A DNA stretch of 64,000 nucleotides from an uncultured virus (IMG/VR IMGVR_UViG_2825527155_000001) (IMGVR_UViG_2825527155_000001); one strand, 5' to 3'; numbered from the stretch's first letter, positions 1 to 10,553 are shown. Translations and numbers: made by a program. The notes: a model not told the origin generated them from the letters alone.

Positions 1-2127
1 TTATTTTACACTCCAGCTATTCATTGCTTTATTTGTGCCGCCTTGCCTGTTTGATTGAACGTTTTGCTGTTTAATCCAGTTTTGCGCGGCGCGTTGAAGG
101 GCTTTACCTAAATCCTGACCCTGTTTTGTACTTGATTGTACATTTCCATTTGTATTTCCTCCCTGATTATACACGTAAACCTGAATGCCGGAAACAGAAG
201 AAGAACCGACACCTGATGTTTTCGTGGCGCTTAGATTTGGCACGCTTGGTACTGGAAGTGAATTATAATCCATTGCTGATTCAGTGGCTGAAACTCCACT
301 TGAAGAACTACCAACACCAAGTAACCCGCCCATCCAATTACTAAACGGAGTAACAATAACATCCCTTACCATTACTTTTTCGATCATGATTAAAATATCT
401 TTTAAATAATTTTTCCATTCCGCCTCCCCTGTTGTGAAAAAATCAGTTAATGAATCGGTCATATAATCTAAGGATTTATCCCATACTTGCGCAACTTGCA
501 AAGCAACTTTATCAGATGTTTCTTGGTAACTTTTCATTCCTTTTTTAGCGCCAGCTAATACGGAATGAAGGTTATCCTCATAATTATTATATCCTTTTAG
601 GTTATCCTCTAAAGCATCGCCGCGCATTTTATTTATATCAGCAATTTGTTTTACAAATTCAGGAGATGAGATTGATTTATGTTGATGTTCTGCCATGATT
701 TTTAAGTTATCAATCATGTTATCAAACTGTTCGTTGATTTGTTCTTGCGTCTGCTCAAAATCATAAGCATCAGAAGATAAATCGCTAAAAGGTTGATTTT
801 TATTCGCCCACCTTTTATTTATAGACAAATCCATTGATTTAAATTGCTCATTAACTCTAGTGCTATAATCACTTAATTGTTGAGCATATCTTGCGGCATC
901 TGCGGCGGCTTTATTTGCGGCCCTTTGAGCAGCAGTTAAACCGTGATGACTAAAGGATGTATGATAGAAAGCGTTAAAATCATGGTATTCTTTTGTATCG
1001 CTTAAATCTTTTGATTTCGATGAATTTATTGAATTAGCAACATCCTTATGGTATTCATCAGTTTTTTTAATAATAAAATCTTTTCGTTGTCTCATCCCAT
1101 TTAATATATTCTGTTGAACCTGAACCCCAGCAGATGAATAGCCCATAGCACCCATACCCATATAAGATAAAGCATCATCCAACCATGTTGATTGTTTTAG
1201 CTCACCCTGTTTCCCCTGTGATTCGGTTACTTCATTTTGCATCCCCTGCAATAACCCAGCCATAATATCAGAACCAGCGGTTTTATAATTCCCAGATTCA
1301 ATATCTTTATTTACCTTATCAAGAAGACCGTCACCCATTTTATATAGTGCGGCATATCCTTTGGTTGCATCAGTTTGTGTTTCTGCAAGTATTTTCTCCA
1401 TCGCTTCAGTTTGCTTATCACCGAATTCCTGTTGATATTGAAGAAGAAGAGAACCATTCTTTTTCAAAAAATCAGGTGTTAGCCCAGCATTAAGCGCATT
1501 GGAAATAAACTCTTCTTTAGCTTCCCTTGAAGCATATTTAATAGTTTGTAGACCGTTAACAATATCATCAACTTTCCCTGAAAATAATGCATTAGCATTA
1601 CCGGATAATATTGATGATTGTTGTAAATCCCTTTGTGCTTGCGCGGCTTCCTGCATTGATTCTGTTAATTCTTCAATCCCTTCAATTAATCCGGTTACAC
1701 CCATAATGATTCCAGTGCCAGCAAGACCGCCCAATCCGGCAGCGCCCATAAATATACTCGCAGAACCGCGAAGATTAGTCCATCGCCCCGACATAGCCTC
1801 ATGAGACATTACGCCAAGCTCTCTTAATGCGCCGTGGTTTTCTTTAATTCCACTAATAAAATTAGTGAACCAGTTACCTCCAGTTTTTTTAGCGCTTTCT
1901 GCAATTTCAGCCTCCGCTCTAGCTAACTGGTCTTTTGTTTTAGATAGCAGACCAGAATAATAACCGCCAGCGTGCATGTTAATAGGCTTACTCATTTGGT
2001 CTGCTAATTTACTTGCGGCATCAGTAGCACCTTTAGCTGATTTAGCTAAATCATCTAAACTACCAGAAGCGGCGGTTATTTGTGATGTATCTACAGAAAA
2101 GCCTAATTCAGCATCTGTTCCAGACAT
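1..2127 (-). CDS. Phage tail tape measure protein, lambda gpH family
   Basis: 708 aa, Ala/Gly-rich helical protein; C-terminal segment GAKKGMKSYQE...MTDSLTDFFTTGEAEWKNYLKDIL resembles the lambda-family TMP C-terminal domain; RBS GAGG upstream. Confidence 0.75.
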   Translation of the reverse strand: MSGTDAELGFSVDTSQITAASGSLDDLAKSAKGATDAASKLADQMSKPINMHAGGYYSGLLSKTKDQLARAEAEIAESAKKTGGNWFTNFISGIKENHGALRELGVMSHEAMSGRWTNLRGSASIFMGAAGLGGLAGTGIIMGVTGLIEGIEELTESMQEAAQAQRDLQQSSILSGNANALFSGKVDDIVNGLQTIKYASREAKEEFISNALNAGLTPDFLKKNGSLLLQYQQEFGDKQTEAMEKILAETQTDATKGYAALYKMGDGLLDKVNKDIESGNYKTAGSDIMAGLLQGMQNEVTESQGKQGELKQSTWLDDALSYMGMGAMGYSSAGVQVQQNILNGMRQRKDFIIKKTDEYHKDVANSINSSKSKDLSDTKEYHDFNAFYHTSFSHHGLTAAQRAANKAAADAARYAQQLSDYSTRVNEQFKSMDLSINKRWANKNQPFSDLSSDAYDFEQTQEQINEQFDNMIDNLKIMAEHQHKSISSPEFVKQIADINKMRGDALEDNLKGYNNYEDNLHSVLAGAKKGMKSYQETSDKVALQVAQVWDKSLDYMTDSLTDFFTTGEAEWKNYLKDILIMIEKVMVRDVIVTPFSNWMGGLLGVGSSSSGVSATESAMDYNSLPVPSVPNLSATKTSGVGSSSVSGIQVYVYNQGGNTNGNVQSSTKQGQDLGKALQRAAQNWIKQQNVQSNRQGGTNKAMNSWSVK

Positions 2128-2154
2128 TTTATTTTACCTCTTTAATGTATATTG

Positions 2155-2213
2155 GTTCGCTTCGCTCACGCCCCTGCGGGGCTGGTGGGTAAAGAAAAGG
2201 AAGTTTTTAAACC
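2155..2213 (+). repeat. Satellite repeat copy 1 (GTTCGCTTCGCTCACGCCCCTGCGGGGCTGGTGGG...), contains Chi
   Basis: Near-identical to 5321 onward and to the reverse complement of the copy ending at 12438. Confidence 0.9.
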
Positions 2214-2307
2214 TTGTGTTAGAGTGATTTAATATGATGGGTTAAATTCCATTAACCCACACACTATTTGATTCTAAAGATAATTATGTATTTATACGTC
2301 CTGATAT

Positions 2308-2589
2308 TTAATGCCCCTGTCTAATTAACATTTCCCGTCTTTTCCTTTGCTGACTCTTTTTTAATTCTTCCAAGTCCGCCTTCTCAGCATCATAGTCATA
2401 AAATTTTTGCGTGGAATATTTTGAATCTCCTTTTAGTTTACTGTTTCTTTCTGCACAAACATAAGCGGCCTCCCTTCGGGTTGAGTATTTAAAAACAGGC
2501 TTGTTCTTCTTGTTGTAAAAAGAATTAGGGTCTAAAGGTTCGGACTTCTTATGGTATACGACCGTCCAAAAAACATAATCTGGGTTCAT
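2308..2589 (-). CDS. Hypothetical protein
   Basis: 93 aa ORF with AGG RBS, in an operon-like run toward the TMP. Confidence 0.6.
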   Translation of the reverse strand: MNPDYVFWTVVYHKKSEPLDPNSFYNKKNKPVFKYSTRREAAYVCAERNSKLKGDSKYSTQKFYDYDAEKADLEELKKSQQRKRREMLIRQGH

Positions 2590-2603
2590 CTTAATTAACC
2601 TTT

Positions 2604-2936
2604 TTACTTGGAGTTATTCTTAATCATCAATTTCTTGAGAATTTCATAACGGTTATCCTTTTCCGCTTCCACTTCATCGTTTTTACTGGCGATTTGCTCT
2701 TGTTTATAAATTTCAACATCAACCAAATCAAGCATTGTTCTAACTACGACTTTTCGCTTGTCATTTGATTTATTTAAAATGTTAATAAGTGAGCGGCGCT
2801 TGTCATTTGCCAGTGCCGTTGATGGAAATATCGACAAAGGCTTTAAATACGCATTACAGTACATAGTATCAGGGTTATCGCTATCCGTTTCAGGGTTGAT
2901 AACAAATACTCCATAACGCCTTTTATCAGTGTTCAT
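2604..2936 (-). CDS. Hypothetical protein
   Basis: 110 aa ORF with GGAG RBS. Confidence 0.65.
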   Translation of the reverse strand: MNTDKRRYGVFVINPETDSDNPDTMYCNAYLKPLSIFPSTALANDKRRSLINILNKSNDKRKVVVRTMLDLVDVEIYKQEQIASKNDEVEAEKDNRYEILKKLMIKNNSK

Positions 2937-3012
2937 TTTTAAACTCCGTTCTTAATACATGGGAGGCAACTGCCATGATAACGATAAGCGCAATAATCAT
3001 TTAGCATATCCT

Positions 3013-3210
3013 CTATAAAGCACAGTCTGGACTAGTAAGATAGTTACTTTCCTTTTTAATCATCCCTAAATAAATAGCGATAACATAATCTTTGCTGTAC
3101 ATTCCGGCCTCAGTTAGTTCGGCCTCGATTAATTTTAAATTTTCAACCTCGTCCTTTATCGGAAAGTTGTATGACATAGTGCTAAAAATTCTCTCACAAT
3201 TATTATTCAT
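3013..3210 (-). CDS. Hypothetical protein
   Basis: 65 aa ORF, GAGGTG RBS, translationally coupled to the upstream ORF. Confidence 0.55.
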   Translation of the reverse strand: MNNNCERIFSTMSYNFPIKDEVENLKLIEAELTEAGMYSKDYVIAIYLGMIKKESNYLTSPDCAL

Positions 3211-3410
3211 TTAATCACCTCGTTAATTTCTTTATCTAAACGACAAACCAACATTCTGATAATCGCATTTCTACTAAGATTTACTCCGTATTTATCCTTA
3301 TAATAAAGCTTATATTTTTCAATAATATTAAGCTCCTGCTCATCAATAGAGCATATAACACGTCGCATGGACATACATTCTTCCTCTTGTTCATTGAATG
3401 AAGCTATCAT
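3207..3410 (-). CDS. Small putative DNA-binding protein (ribbon-helix-helix-like)
   Basis: LSRNAIIRMLV helix motif; divergent from the 3483 ORF; start may be downstream. Confidence 0.45.
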   Translation of the reverse strand: MIASFNEQEEECMSMRRVICSIDEQELNIIEKYKLYYKDKYGVNLSRNAIIRMLVCRLDKEINEVIK

Positions 3411-3482
3411 AATATAATCACCACACCATCAACAAGCGTTTGATGATATATTTTTGATGAAACTAACCTAAAGGATCAAATA

Positions 3483-3842
3483 ATGATCAATACTGACGAT
3501 ACGTTACCTATAAGTAAAGAAGAAGCACTCTCACTAGTTAACAAAGCCGAAGCTAACCTATTGAAAGCAAAGGAAAGACTAGATTACCTCACCAGGAAAA
3601 CATATTTAATTCAATTAACCATAAATAATAAAATCTACTTTTTATGTAATGATGATTCTTTAACTGAAAAATTCGGGGGCGCAATTAAATTTAAAAGAAA
3701 ATGCGATGCACAACAAGAATTGATGTTTTATCTTGAAAGAATTGAAGCTGTAGGTAACCCAAAGATAAAAAGTGAAATCGTAATTGAAAAAGATCTGCTT
3801 AGAAATTTTATCTCACACACTGAGAAAAAAATTAACAATTAA
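3483..3842 (+). CDS. Hypothetical protein
   Basis: 119 aa ORF with AAGGA RBS. Confidence 0.6.
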   Translation: MINTDDTLPISKEEALSLVNKAEANLLKAKERLDYLTRKTYLIQLTINNKIYFLCNDDSLTEKFGGAIKFKRKCDAQQELMFYLERIEAVGNPKIKSEIVIEKDLLRNFISHTEKKINN

Positions 3843-3926
3843 TCCCATTCTAATTATCGGTTCCAGTAATTACTATGCTATCAGGGTGGTTTAATCTAAA
3901 TCACCCTATTTTTATGGATACACACA

Positions 3927-4343
3927 ATGATTAGTCTGAAAAATATCTTAGTTGGTTTGATAGCGTTTTTGTCTTTACTTTTATCTGGGTGCGCCCAGTT
4001 TAACAGGCCAAGTAACATTAAAATTCAAAATGGTGATTATGGATTGGCACCTACAGATGAAGATAAAGTTGAAATTAAAGATTTTATACGTAGCAATTTA
4101 ATTGACCCAAATTCAGCCATATTCAAAATTGACACCCCCAAAAAATACTGGCTAACTGATTATAAAGGAATCACACATTTTGGTTATTTTATTGGTGTAC
4201 TGGTTAACGCTAAAAATAGTTTTGGAGGATATACGGGATGGCAACCTGAAGGTATTTTCTATAAAAATGGTTCAATGACTGATGTGACAGGAATTGAAAT
4301 GTGCGACAACTGGGCATGTCAAGCTCACGGTTACGTGCAATAA
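3927..4343 (+). CDS. Putative lipoprotein
   Basis: Signal peptide with lipobox LLSGC. Confidence 0.75.
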   Translation: MISLKNILVGLIAFLSLLLSGCAQFNRPSNIKIQNGDYGLAPTDEDKVEIKDFIRSNLIDPNSAIFKIDTPKKYWLTDYKGITHFGYFIGVLVNAKNSFGGYTGWQPEGIFYKNGSMTDVTGIEMCDNWACQAHGYVQ

Positions 4344-4688
4344 CAATCCAGCCATCAGTAAGGGGCGCTCCGTGCGCCTCTATACGGCTTCATCCTGACA
4401 GGTCACCCAATCATACCCTCTCACCTCTTGCGCTTGCTGGCGGTATAGTTCCGGCGCAAATCTGAGGCATCCAGCATCATGCCTATATCCACCCAATGAC
4501 GAACACCAGTCACGCCATATATGTACAATTATCAACCAAAGAATTCACAGGAAGCATCAGGAGGCGATGGCGCACTAAGCCGTACAATCACCTTGCCTGA
4601 CAGACGTTGGGCCCGCTGTGATGGGCTGACGCCGAGCGATAGGAGCTATCGACCTGAAGCAACATTTTCGTCCGCTTCCATTTAAAAA

Positions 4689-4892
4689 TTACTCTTTCGA
4701 CAATTTACATGTTGACGAAACAATATACCCACCAATAAATAATAAAGCGCCGACAACGTTAAATTCAAACTGATTAAATAAAAGCCCAATATTCAGCGTT
4801 TCAGAAAACCCACTAGTGGTTTTCATTGTTGCCCCGTACATTACAAGAATTCCACCAGCAATAATAAACATATATGCGAAAAACACTTTCAT
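4689..4892 (-). CDS. Small membrane protein (2 TM)
   Basis: Two hydrophobic segments in 67 aa. Confidence 0.55.
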   Translation of the reverse strand: MKVFFAYMFIIAGGILVMYGATMKTTSGFSETLNIGLLFNQFEFNVVGALLFIGGYIVSSTCKLSKE

Positions 4893-5091
4893 TAAAATAT
4901 CTCAAATAATTTTAAAACTAAATTGTGTAGAATGTCACTAAAAATGCAATATGCCAAATGGCATAAACTATCAAGCCTTTTGGCTGTGATAAATTATGAA
5001 TTAAAAAGCTGAAACACAATGATAATTTTAGAAATTAATTTATAGCCGTTAATGGTGATAACATCCATTCCCTTTTACTGGAGTAACGAAA

Positions 5092-5304
5092 ATGACCAAA
5101 GCAGAAACCAAGCGCCATTTACATGGGGTTTACCTTGAATGGATTCAGGGAAATATGGATACCAGAGAAAAAGAATTATCTTTTCATGGATATATTTGCC
5201 ATCTCCCAGATTTTTCAACTTTTAGATTTGGTGCTGCCCGCGACTATCAACAAACAGCTATGTGGGTTAGAGAATGGAATGAGCAATTAGGAATTAACAG
5301 CTAA
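5092..5304 (+). CDS. Hypothetical protein
   Basis: 70 aa ORF with GGAG RBS. Confidence 0.6.
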   Translation: MTKAETKRHLHGVYLEWIQGNMDTREKELSFHGYICHLPDFSTFRFGAARDYQQTAMWVREWNEQLGINS

Positions 5305-5317
5305 TCATATTGAGCTC

Positions 5318-5432
5318 ATTGTTCGCTTCGCTCACGCCCCTGCGGGGCTGGTGGGGTAAAAAGAAAGTTGGTTTTGAACCCGCCTTTTCTCTACCTCACC
5401 ACGCCGTAGGCGGTGGAGCGAAGCGGAACAAT
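5318..5432 (+). repeat. Satellite repeat copy 2, bounded by inverted ATTGTTCGCTTCGCTC / GAGCGAAGCGGAACAAT
   Basis: Direct repeat of 2155-2213 and inverted repeat of 12355-12438. Confidence 0.9.
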
Positions 5433-5587
5433 GCTAATTAAGTTGGCCTGTGAAATTCGTATTTTCTAACTAGTACATAAATACAAATTAATTAATATCC
5501 ATTACGCACACGCGCGCGGCATACCCCACTACACAAGAAGTCAGTAAAACAAAATGCGCCCCTTAAATTAGAGACGCATTGATTTAT

Positions 5588-5839
5588 TTAAATAGGCTTT
5601 CGAATTACACGATTTTTCGGAGAGCCATCTTTTTCATAATATCTAGAAGGCCAAATTTCTTGAGGTGAAACGCCGATTGCATTTGCAATAATTAATTCAC
5701 CCCTAGGCCAGTCTCGATTTAATGCATTTAATAATGTCCCATCAGATAAACCATGTTCGCGAGATAATCCAGCCATACTTATTTTCTTTTTCTTTAATGC
5801 GGCAAGAATATCCGCCTTGTGCCAGTCTGTTTCCTGCAT
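5588..5839 (-). CDS. Ner/SfsB-family helix-turn-helix regulator
   Basis: DWHKADILAALKKK...LSREHGL...NAL...WPRGE.IIA.AIGVSPQEIWPSRY signature; ATG at 5839 preferred over the longer ORF-track start. Confidence 0.88.
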   Translation of the reverse strand: MQETDWHKADILAALKKKKISMAGLSREHGLSDGTLLNALNRDWPRGELIIANAIGVSPQEIWPSRYYEKDGSPKNRVIRKPI

Positions 5840-5851
5840 ACTTGCATCCCC

Positions 5852-5936
5852 GTGGTGACGATCACGACGAGGTTTGCAGTACCAGCAAACAAACAAAACT
5901 GGCGAGCCTTTCGACTCCCTCGCCGTGACCGCCATA
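5852..5936 (-). ncRNA. C4/CI-like antisense RNA (P1 C4 / P4 CI type)
   Basis: Multi-stem structure with a GAAA tetraloop hairpin; loops TTTTGTTTGTTTG and CTGCAAA are complementary to upstream CAAACAAACAAAA and TTTGCAG on the same strand (5977-6000). Confidence 0.7.
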
Positions 5937-6199
5937 ACTGACGTGCGCACGCGCATCGGCAATTGCTTGCCAATGGTTTTGTTTGTTTGGGGCTGCAAAT
6001 CCCCACCAGCGCCTTTTTCACGCTGGCACACTGAATTTACCACAAACAGAAATAAACGAAAAATACAGACGGTAAATGAATAATATTCCACCACTTCTTT
6101 TTTATAAAACACCCTTGCAAAGCCTGACGCCGCTGGATTCCTGCTAAAATTGATCACGCAATGAGCAATTAAATGTTAATTTTTTGTGTTAAATGTTAT

Positions 6200-6470
6200 C
6201 AAGACATTAAAGTCATAGGAAAGTCAGCGACTTTCTGACTCAACATTCCCAAGCGCCGCAAGGGTTAGATAGTAGTTTTATAGTAAGTCATAAAAGTCAT
6301 ATATCCCCATTAAAATCCTTATACCCCCCTTACCCCATATCCCCATGTTTTTACCCTGTTTTATACTGTGACTTTCTGACTTTTGATAAAATCGGCCTGA
6401 AACCCGCGCCATTACTGGGTTTTACGTGTCAAAACACGTCTGACTTTTCCATGACATATCATGACTCGTT
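6200..6470. other. Putative replication origin of the satellite
   Basis: Non-coding; clustered direct and inverted AAGTCA/TGACT motifs including GACTTTCTGACT at 6229 and 6370; lies downstream of the replication gene. Confidence 0.5.
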
Positions 6471-6701
6471 TGATTTTTAACCACTGAATGCGTGTAAGCG
6501 ATTCTGAGCGGTTTTGCGCTTGTCTAAGGTGATTGTATGGATTAGGTATCTTGATGGCGTCAGCGTGGCGCACGTTGAGGGATTTAGATGGGTATGATGC
6601 GGTCGATGAGGATTATCCAAGATGAGAAGGTGATATTTAATATGCAAATAAAAAACCCGCCATAATCGACGGGTTAAAAAAAGAAGTGGTGGAATATATT
6701 A

Positions 6702-8432
6702 TTATTCAAAATTTATCGTATTTCGCAATTTATAGCCATGTGATTTAAATACATCTTCAAATTCATTTAAAAATTCAGGCTTAACATAATAATATGTTTG
6801 CTTTCCTAAATCCTTTTTAATTTCCATTCTGTAAATATGACCATTTCTACACATTTTCATTAATGCTGCATCGCTTTCTTTATCATTATTAATAGATGAT
6901 TTGCGTTTTAACATTCGCTCCCTAATCCATTTCCCTGTTACACCGTCATAATTTTGTGCATTCCCTGATTTATCAGACTTGATTTCGTTAATCGCTTTAA
7001 TTACTTCACCCTGCAAACGCTCTATATTGCTATCTTTAATGCTATTTACGGCGCTGCTATATGAATAATCAAGACAAAATCTAACAAAATCATATGCGGC
7101 TTGAGCGTTATCGTATTCAATATGTGTACTGTTTATATTGCTTGTTACCTGAAATACAATTGCTACTCGTTTCGTTAATTCTGCAAGCCTTGCATAAACA
7201 CAACCGTATTTATCATCAGATAAAATCAAATCTTCTTCTATTTTTGTCACCGACTGAAAAAGTTTATCAACATTGACACCATCAATTAAAGTCTTGCAAT
7301 CATTAGATATGAACAAGCGACCGGACTCAACCGTATTAAAGCGCATATAAATACTGCTAACAAATTCACCCACATTTATTGGCATTGGTGAATTTTTTGG
7401 TTCTTTACGCTTTCCAATTGTCTTGGCTTCAATAACTACCATTCTATTTAAAAAACCCGTCCCAGCCTCACGGCTTGAAAATGCACTCCAGAATACATCC
7501 GGCGTTGACACGCCAAAAATAGATGGGCAAGCATTTTTAATTACACTGTTATTTTTATTATTATCACTATTTGCACTTTTTGCCTCCGGTGAATATCCAG
7601 AATTAAAAGCGGTGAACATTTTAAGGATTGCTCGTTGAATCTGTGTATCTGTCTGAGATGCTTTTGGCGACATAATGCGCGCAATTAAAAATCCTAATTC
7701 ATCTAACATGAATGTTTTTGCTGCATTTTCCGCAACTTCTTTAGACATACCCCCTTCAGATTTAAAATTATCTGCGCCTATTCTATTTTCGTCCCCAGAA
7801 TCTTGTAAGATTTTGGAAAATAAATCCATCGTCTGAGTTTTACCAACTGATGTCGGGGCTAAAACTGCAATATATAAATTACTCGTTAGCGTTCCCTTAT
7901 ATGACCATCTGCCAGAAATTAAAGAAGCCATTGACGCAACGGAAAACGCCAATGCTAATTCAGGGCAATATGTTCTAGTGTTTTCAATTTGCCAATCAAA
8001 CAAGCCAGTTAAAACAGGATTGTTATTTAATAGCTTATGATATGGTTTTACTTCGTCATAACTTGGCATTCCGTAATTATCATCAAGCGGGTTAATTATT
8101 AAATCACCTACCATCTTATCTAATTCCGTCTTAGGTGTATAATTATTAAAACAAGTGGTAGAATTTAATGTAACCGATGGGTATTTTTGTTCCACTACTT
8201 CGGGATCATCAAAATAACCGTGTCTTGCATAATATTCAAAATCCGCCATTAATTCATCGGGTGTTCGTTCACCAATAAATGAGTGCGACCCATCTTTGTA
8301 ATAAATAAAATCTGAATCACTACCAACAATAATTCTGCTTTCATCTTCTTGTCTAAAGCTTATTGAACCATCTGAATAATAAGTAGTGCCTACATCTTCA
8401 TCATGACAGACAACATAAATTTCCATACTCAT
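6702..8432 (-). CDS. DUF3987-like P-loop replication protein (helicase-like)
   Basis: Walker A-like APTSVGKT, Walker B FMLDELG, GFLNRM motif as in satellite primase-helicase C-terminal domains. Confidence 0.75.
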   Translation of the reverse strand: MSMEIYVVCHDEDVGTTYYSDGSISFRQEDESRIIVGSDSDFIYYKDGSHSFIGERTPDELMADFEYYARHGYFDDPEVVEQKYPSVTLNSTTCFNNYTPKTELDKMVGDLIINPLDDNYGMPSYDEVKPYHKLLNNNPVLTGLFDWQIENTRTYCPELALAFSVASMASLISGRWSYKGTLTSNLYIAVLAPTSVGKTQTMDLFSKILQDSGDENRIGADNFKSEGGMSKEVAENAAKTFMLDELGFLIARIMSPKASQTDTQIQRAILKMFTAFNSGYSPEAKSANSDNNKNNSVIKNACPSIFGVSTPDVFWSAFSSREAGTGFLNRMVVIEAKTIGKRKEPKNSPMPINVGEFVSSIYMRFNTVESGRLFISNDCKTLIDGVNVDKLFQSVTKIEEDLILSDDKYGCVYARLAELTKRVAIVFQVTSNINSTHIEYDNAQAAYDFVRFCLDYSYSSAVNSIKDSNIERLQGEVIKAINEIKSDKSGNAQNYDGVTGKWIRERMLKRKSSINNDKESDAALMKMCRNGHIYRMEIKKDLGKQTYYYVKPEFLNEFEDVFKSHGYKLRNTINFE

Positions 8433-8443
8433 TTTAACCCACC

Positions 8444-8686
8444 TTATTTCTTAAAGCGGTTAAAAAATTCTGTCACTTCTGATGCGCTAAAAAGAGCATA
8501 ACGACCATTACCAACGCCGTAATTTATCGGAAAATCATTAGTATCAATGCGGTAACGTCTTGCATAATGCCACTCAGTAGCGGTAATACCAACTAGCTTT
8601 TGCGCGGCTGATGGTGAAATTAAATCTTCTGGGCGTGTTGACAGTACTTTATTAACAGGAGTAATATTGGCGGCTGTGATGTTCAT
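8444..8686 (-). CDS. AlpA/excisionase-like DNA-binding protein
   Basis: HTH plus DFP...F..SEV..F pattern; GGAGG RBS before the ATG at 8686. Confidence 0.6.
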   Translation of the reverse strand: MNITAANITPVNKVLSTRPEDLISPSAAQKLVGITATEWHYARRYRIDTNDFPINYGVGNGRYALFSASEVTEFFNRFKK

Positions 8687-9052
8687 TCGATGAACCTCCA
8701 TAAAATATGTAGTTGATTGGTTTAAAAGCCCCTTAGAGTTGGCGCTCTTTGATAGGGGCTTTTTTGCGTCTGGTGATAAGTATACGCCGCTTTCTAAAAA
8801 GAAAATAGCCTTATATAACAATAAGTTACTGATATGAATTCATAACAATAGTCAGTGTTAACCTTGTATGTGGTTATTGATCGACTATATCTATCAAAAA
8901 TAGACGCGGCTTAATATGCGCCATTCTGAGCAGTTTTATTGCTTACTTGAAGGATTGCATTACCTACCATGAGAAAACGCCGCACAATGCGATACAGAAA
9001 GCCGATTTTTTGATCAAATCGTAAAAAATCCCCATTTAAGGGGATTAATTAA

Positions 9053-9520
9053 TTAATCTTTATTTGATATTCTATCGGCTATAATATTTCGTGGTCTATA
9101 ACTTAGGCTATTAATGCTTCTGCGTAACTCGATTATCTCACTTTCCATATCTTGTATTTTTTCTTTCATTTCCGCATCATCTGCGGTTTTTAAGACGGCA
9201 TTTTGAAATAAATCAACTAATGCTTTATGCGTTCTTTCTTCTTTTTCATCACTCTTTTTCATTCTTGAATATACAGTTTCTAAACATTCATAAATATCAT
9301 TTATCTTCTGTACATCATCCTTAAACCATCCTTTTACAAATGAATTAGAGGCGCTTACAGCGCGATTTTCTATATCTTCACAATATTCCTTAATTTCTGA
9401 AAGGTCTATGTGCTGCGGTTTCTGCGGCGTGGTATTTCGCATTTTAAAAAAGCAAATAGTATAACCAATAGCCGCGCCAATTAATGCGGGTATACCTAAA
9501 ATTAACAATGCATCATTCAT
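9053..9520 (-). CDS. Membrane-anchored coiled-coil protein
   Basis: N-terminal TM segment, charged helical tail, GGAG RBS. Confidence 0.65.
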   Translation of the reverse strand: MNDALLILGIPALIGAAIGYTICFFKMRNTTPQKPQHIDLSEIKEYCEDIENRAVSASNSFVKGWFKDDVQKINDIYECLETVYSRMKKSDEKEERTHKALVDLFQNAVLKTADDAEMKEKIQDMESEIIELRRSINSLSYRPRNIIADRISNKD

Positions 9521-10553
9521 TTATAAAAACTCCAAAAGATAATCATTAACGGGCAGGATCTTAGCGCCCCATAAATTCATTAGGCGCTTATAGTTAAGTG
9601 CCTGATATTCATAAAAGTTTTAAATATTATTTTACCTTTATGCACAACACCCCATTTAAAGCCGTGATTGCAAAGCGTCTGTAATGTGTCCTGTTTTTCC
9701 ACATCAGAATTAATATGATACGACATGATAAATTTATTTTTTGCGTAAGCGTGCCTAAATTCCACCACTTTTATTTTTACAGGCAAGTGCAAGCCTCACA
9801 CAAAAAACGTGGTGGAACATTTTTTGCTCACTGGTGTAACTGATGGTGTAGTAATCAGTTTTCCACCAGCGTTTTTACACTGGTGTAGGTGTCATATAGT
9901 TGACGAAAAATAAAAATTTAACCAATTTAAATTCATTATTTTTAATTGAAAAAATAAAACAGTATTAATTAATTATTGCTCTTTTAATTTCTATTTATCG
10001 AAATTGAATTTACATACAGTGGTTTGTTGTATGCTTTATGATCGACATGAACCATTAATGCTATTCATCATGATCCAACAAAAACATAAAAACACTTAGG
10101 AATGAATCTGATAGCTTATCTTAACAAAGGTCTCAGCACCAATGGAATCCACGCGCGACAAGGCTTACAGGCTTATTGTTGACATATTTTAAGGCGTTAA
10201 GTGCCATCAAAATATGCATTGCATTCATATCCTATTCTTATATCATTATGGCATTCAAACCAAGCTACAAAATAAATATATCACTAATGCTTAAATTAAA
10301 AGGTGCATCATCACAACTGGTACTATAAGAATCAATATACAATGAAATCAGCAGGAAACAATATGCTAAACCAATCAATTTAAAATTATTTTTAAGTACA
10401 AATGATAGTAATGTCGGGAAAGGAAGGATTCGATAAAAAGAGCATTCAGTGAAATGGTTCGCAAAGGCGTCATAGAAATGGATGGCAAAGCAATATCATT
10501 ACCAACACCGCCAGTACCAATAATGACATGTATTTAATTTTAGGAAAAATAAA

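Noticed and set aside
5840..6157. N-terminal extension of the Ner-like ORF (189 aa)
   Set aside because: Overlaps the C4-like RNA and its targets; the Ner domain starts at the ATG at 5839
10030..10540. Possible gene or pseudogene in the AT-rich spacer
   Set aside because: The frames I translated are interrupted by stops and show no recognisable protein motif
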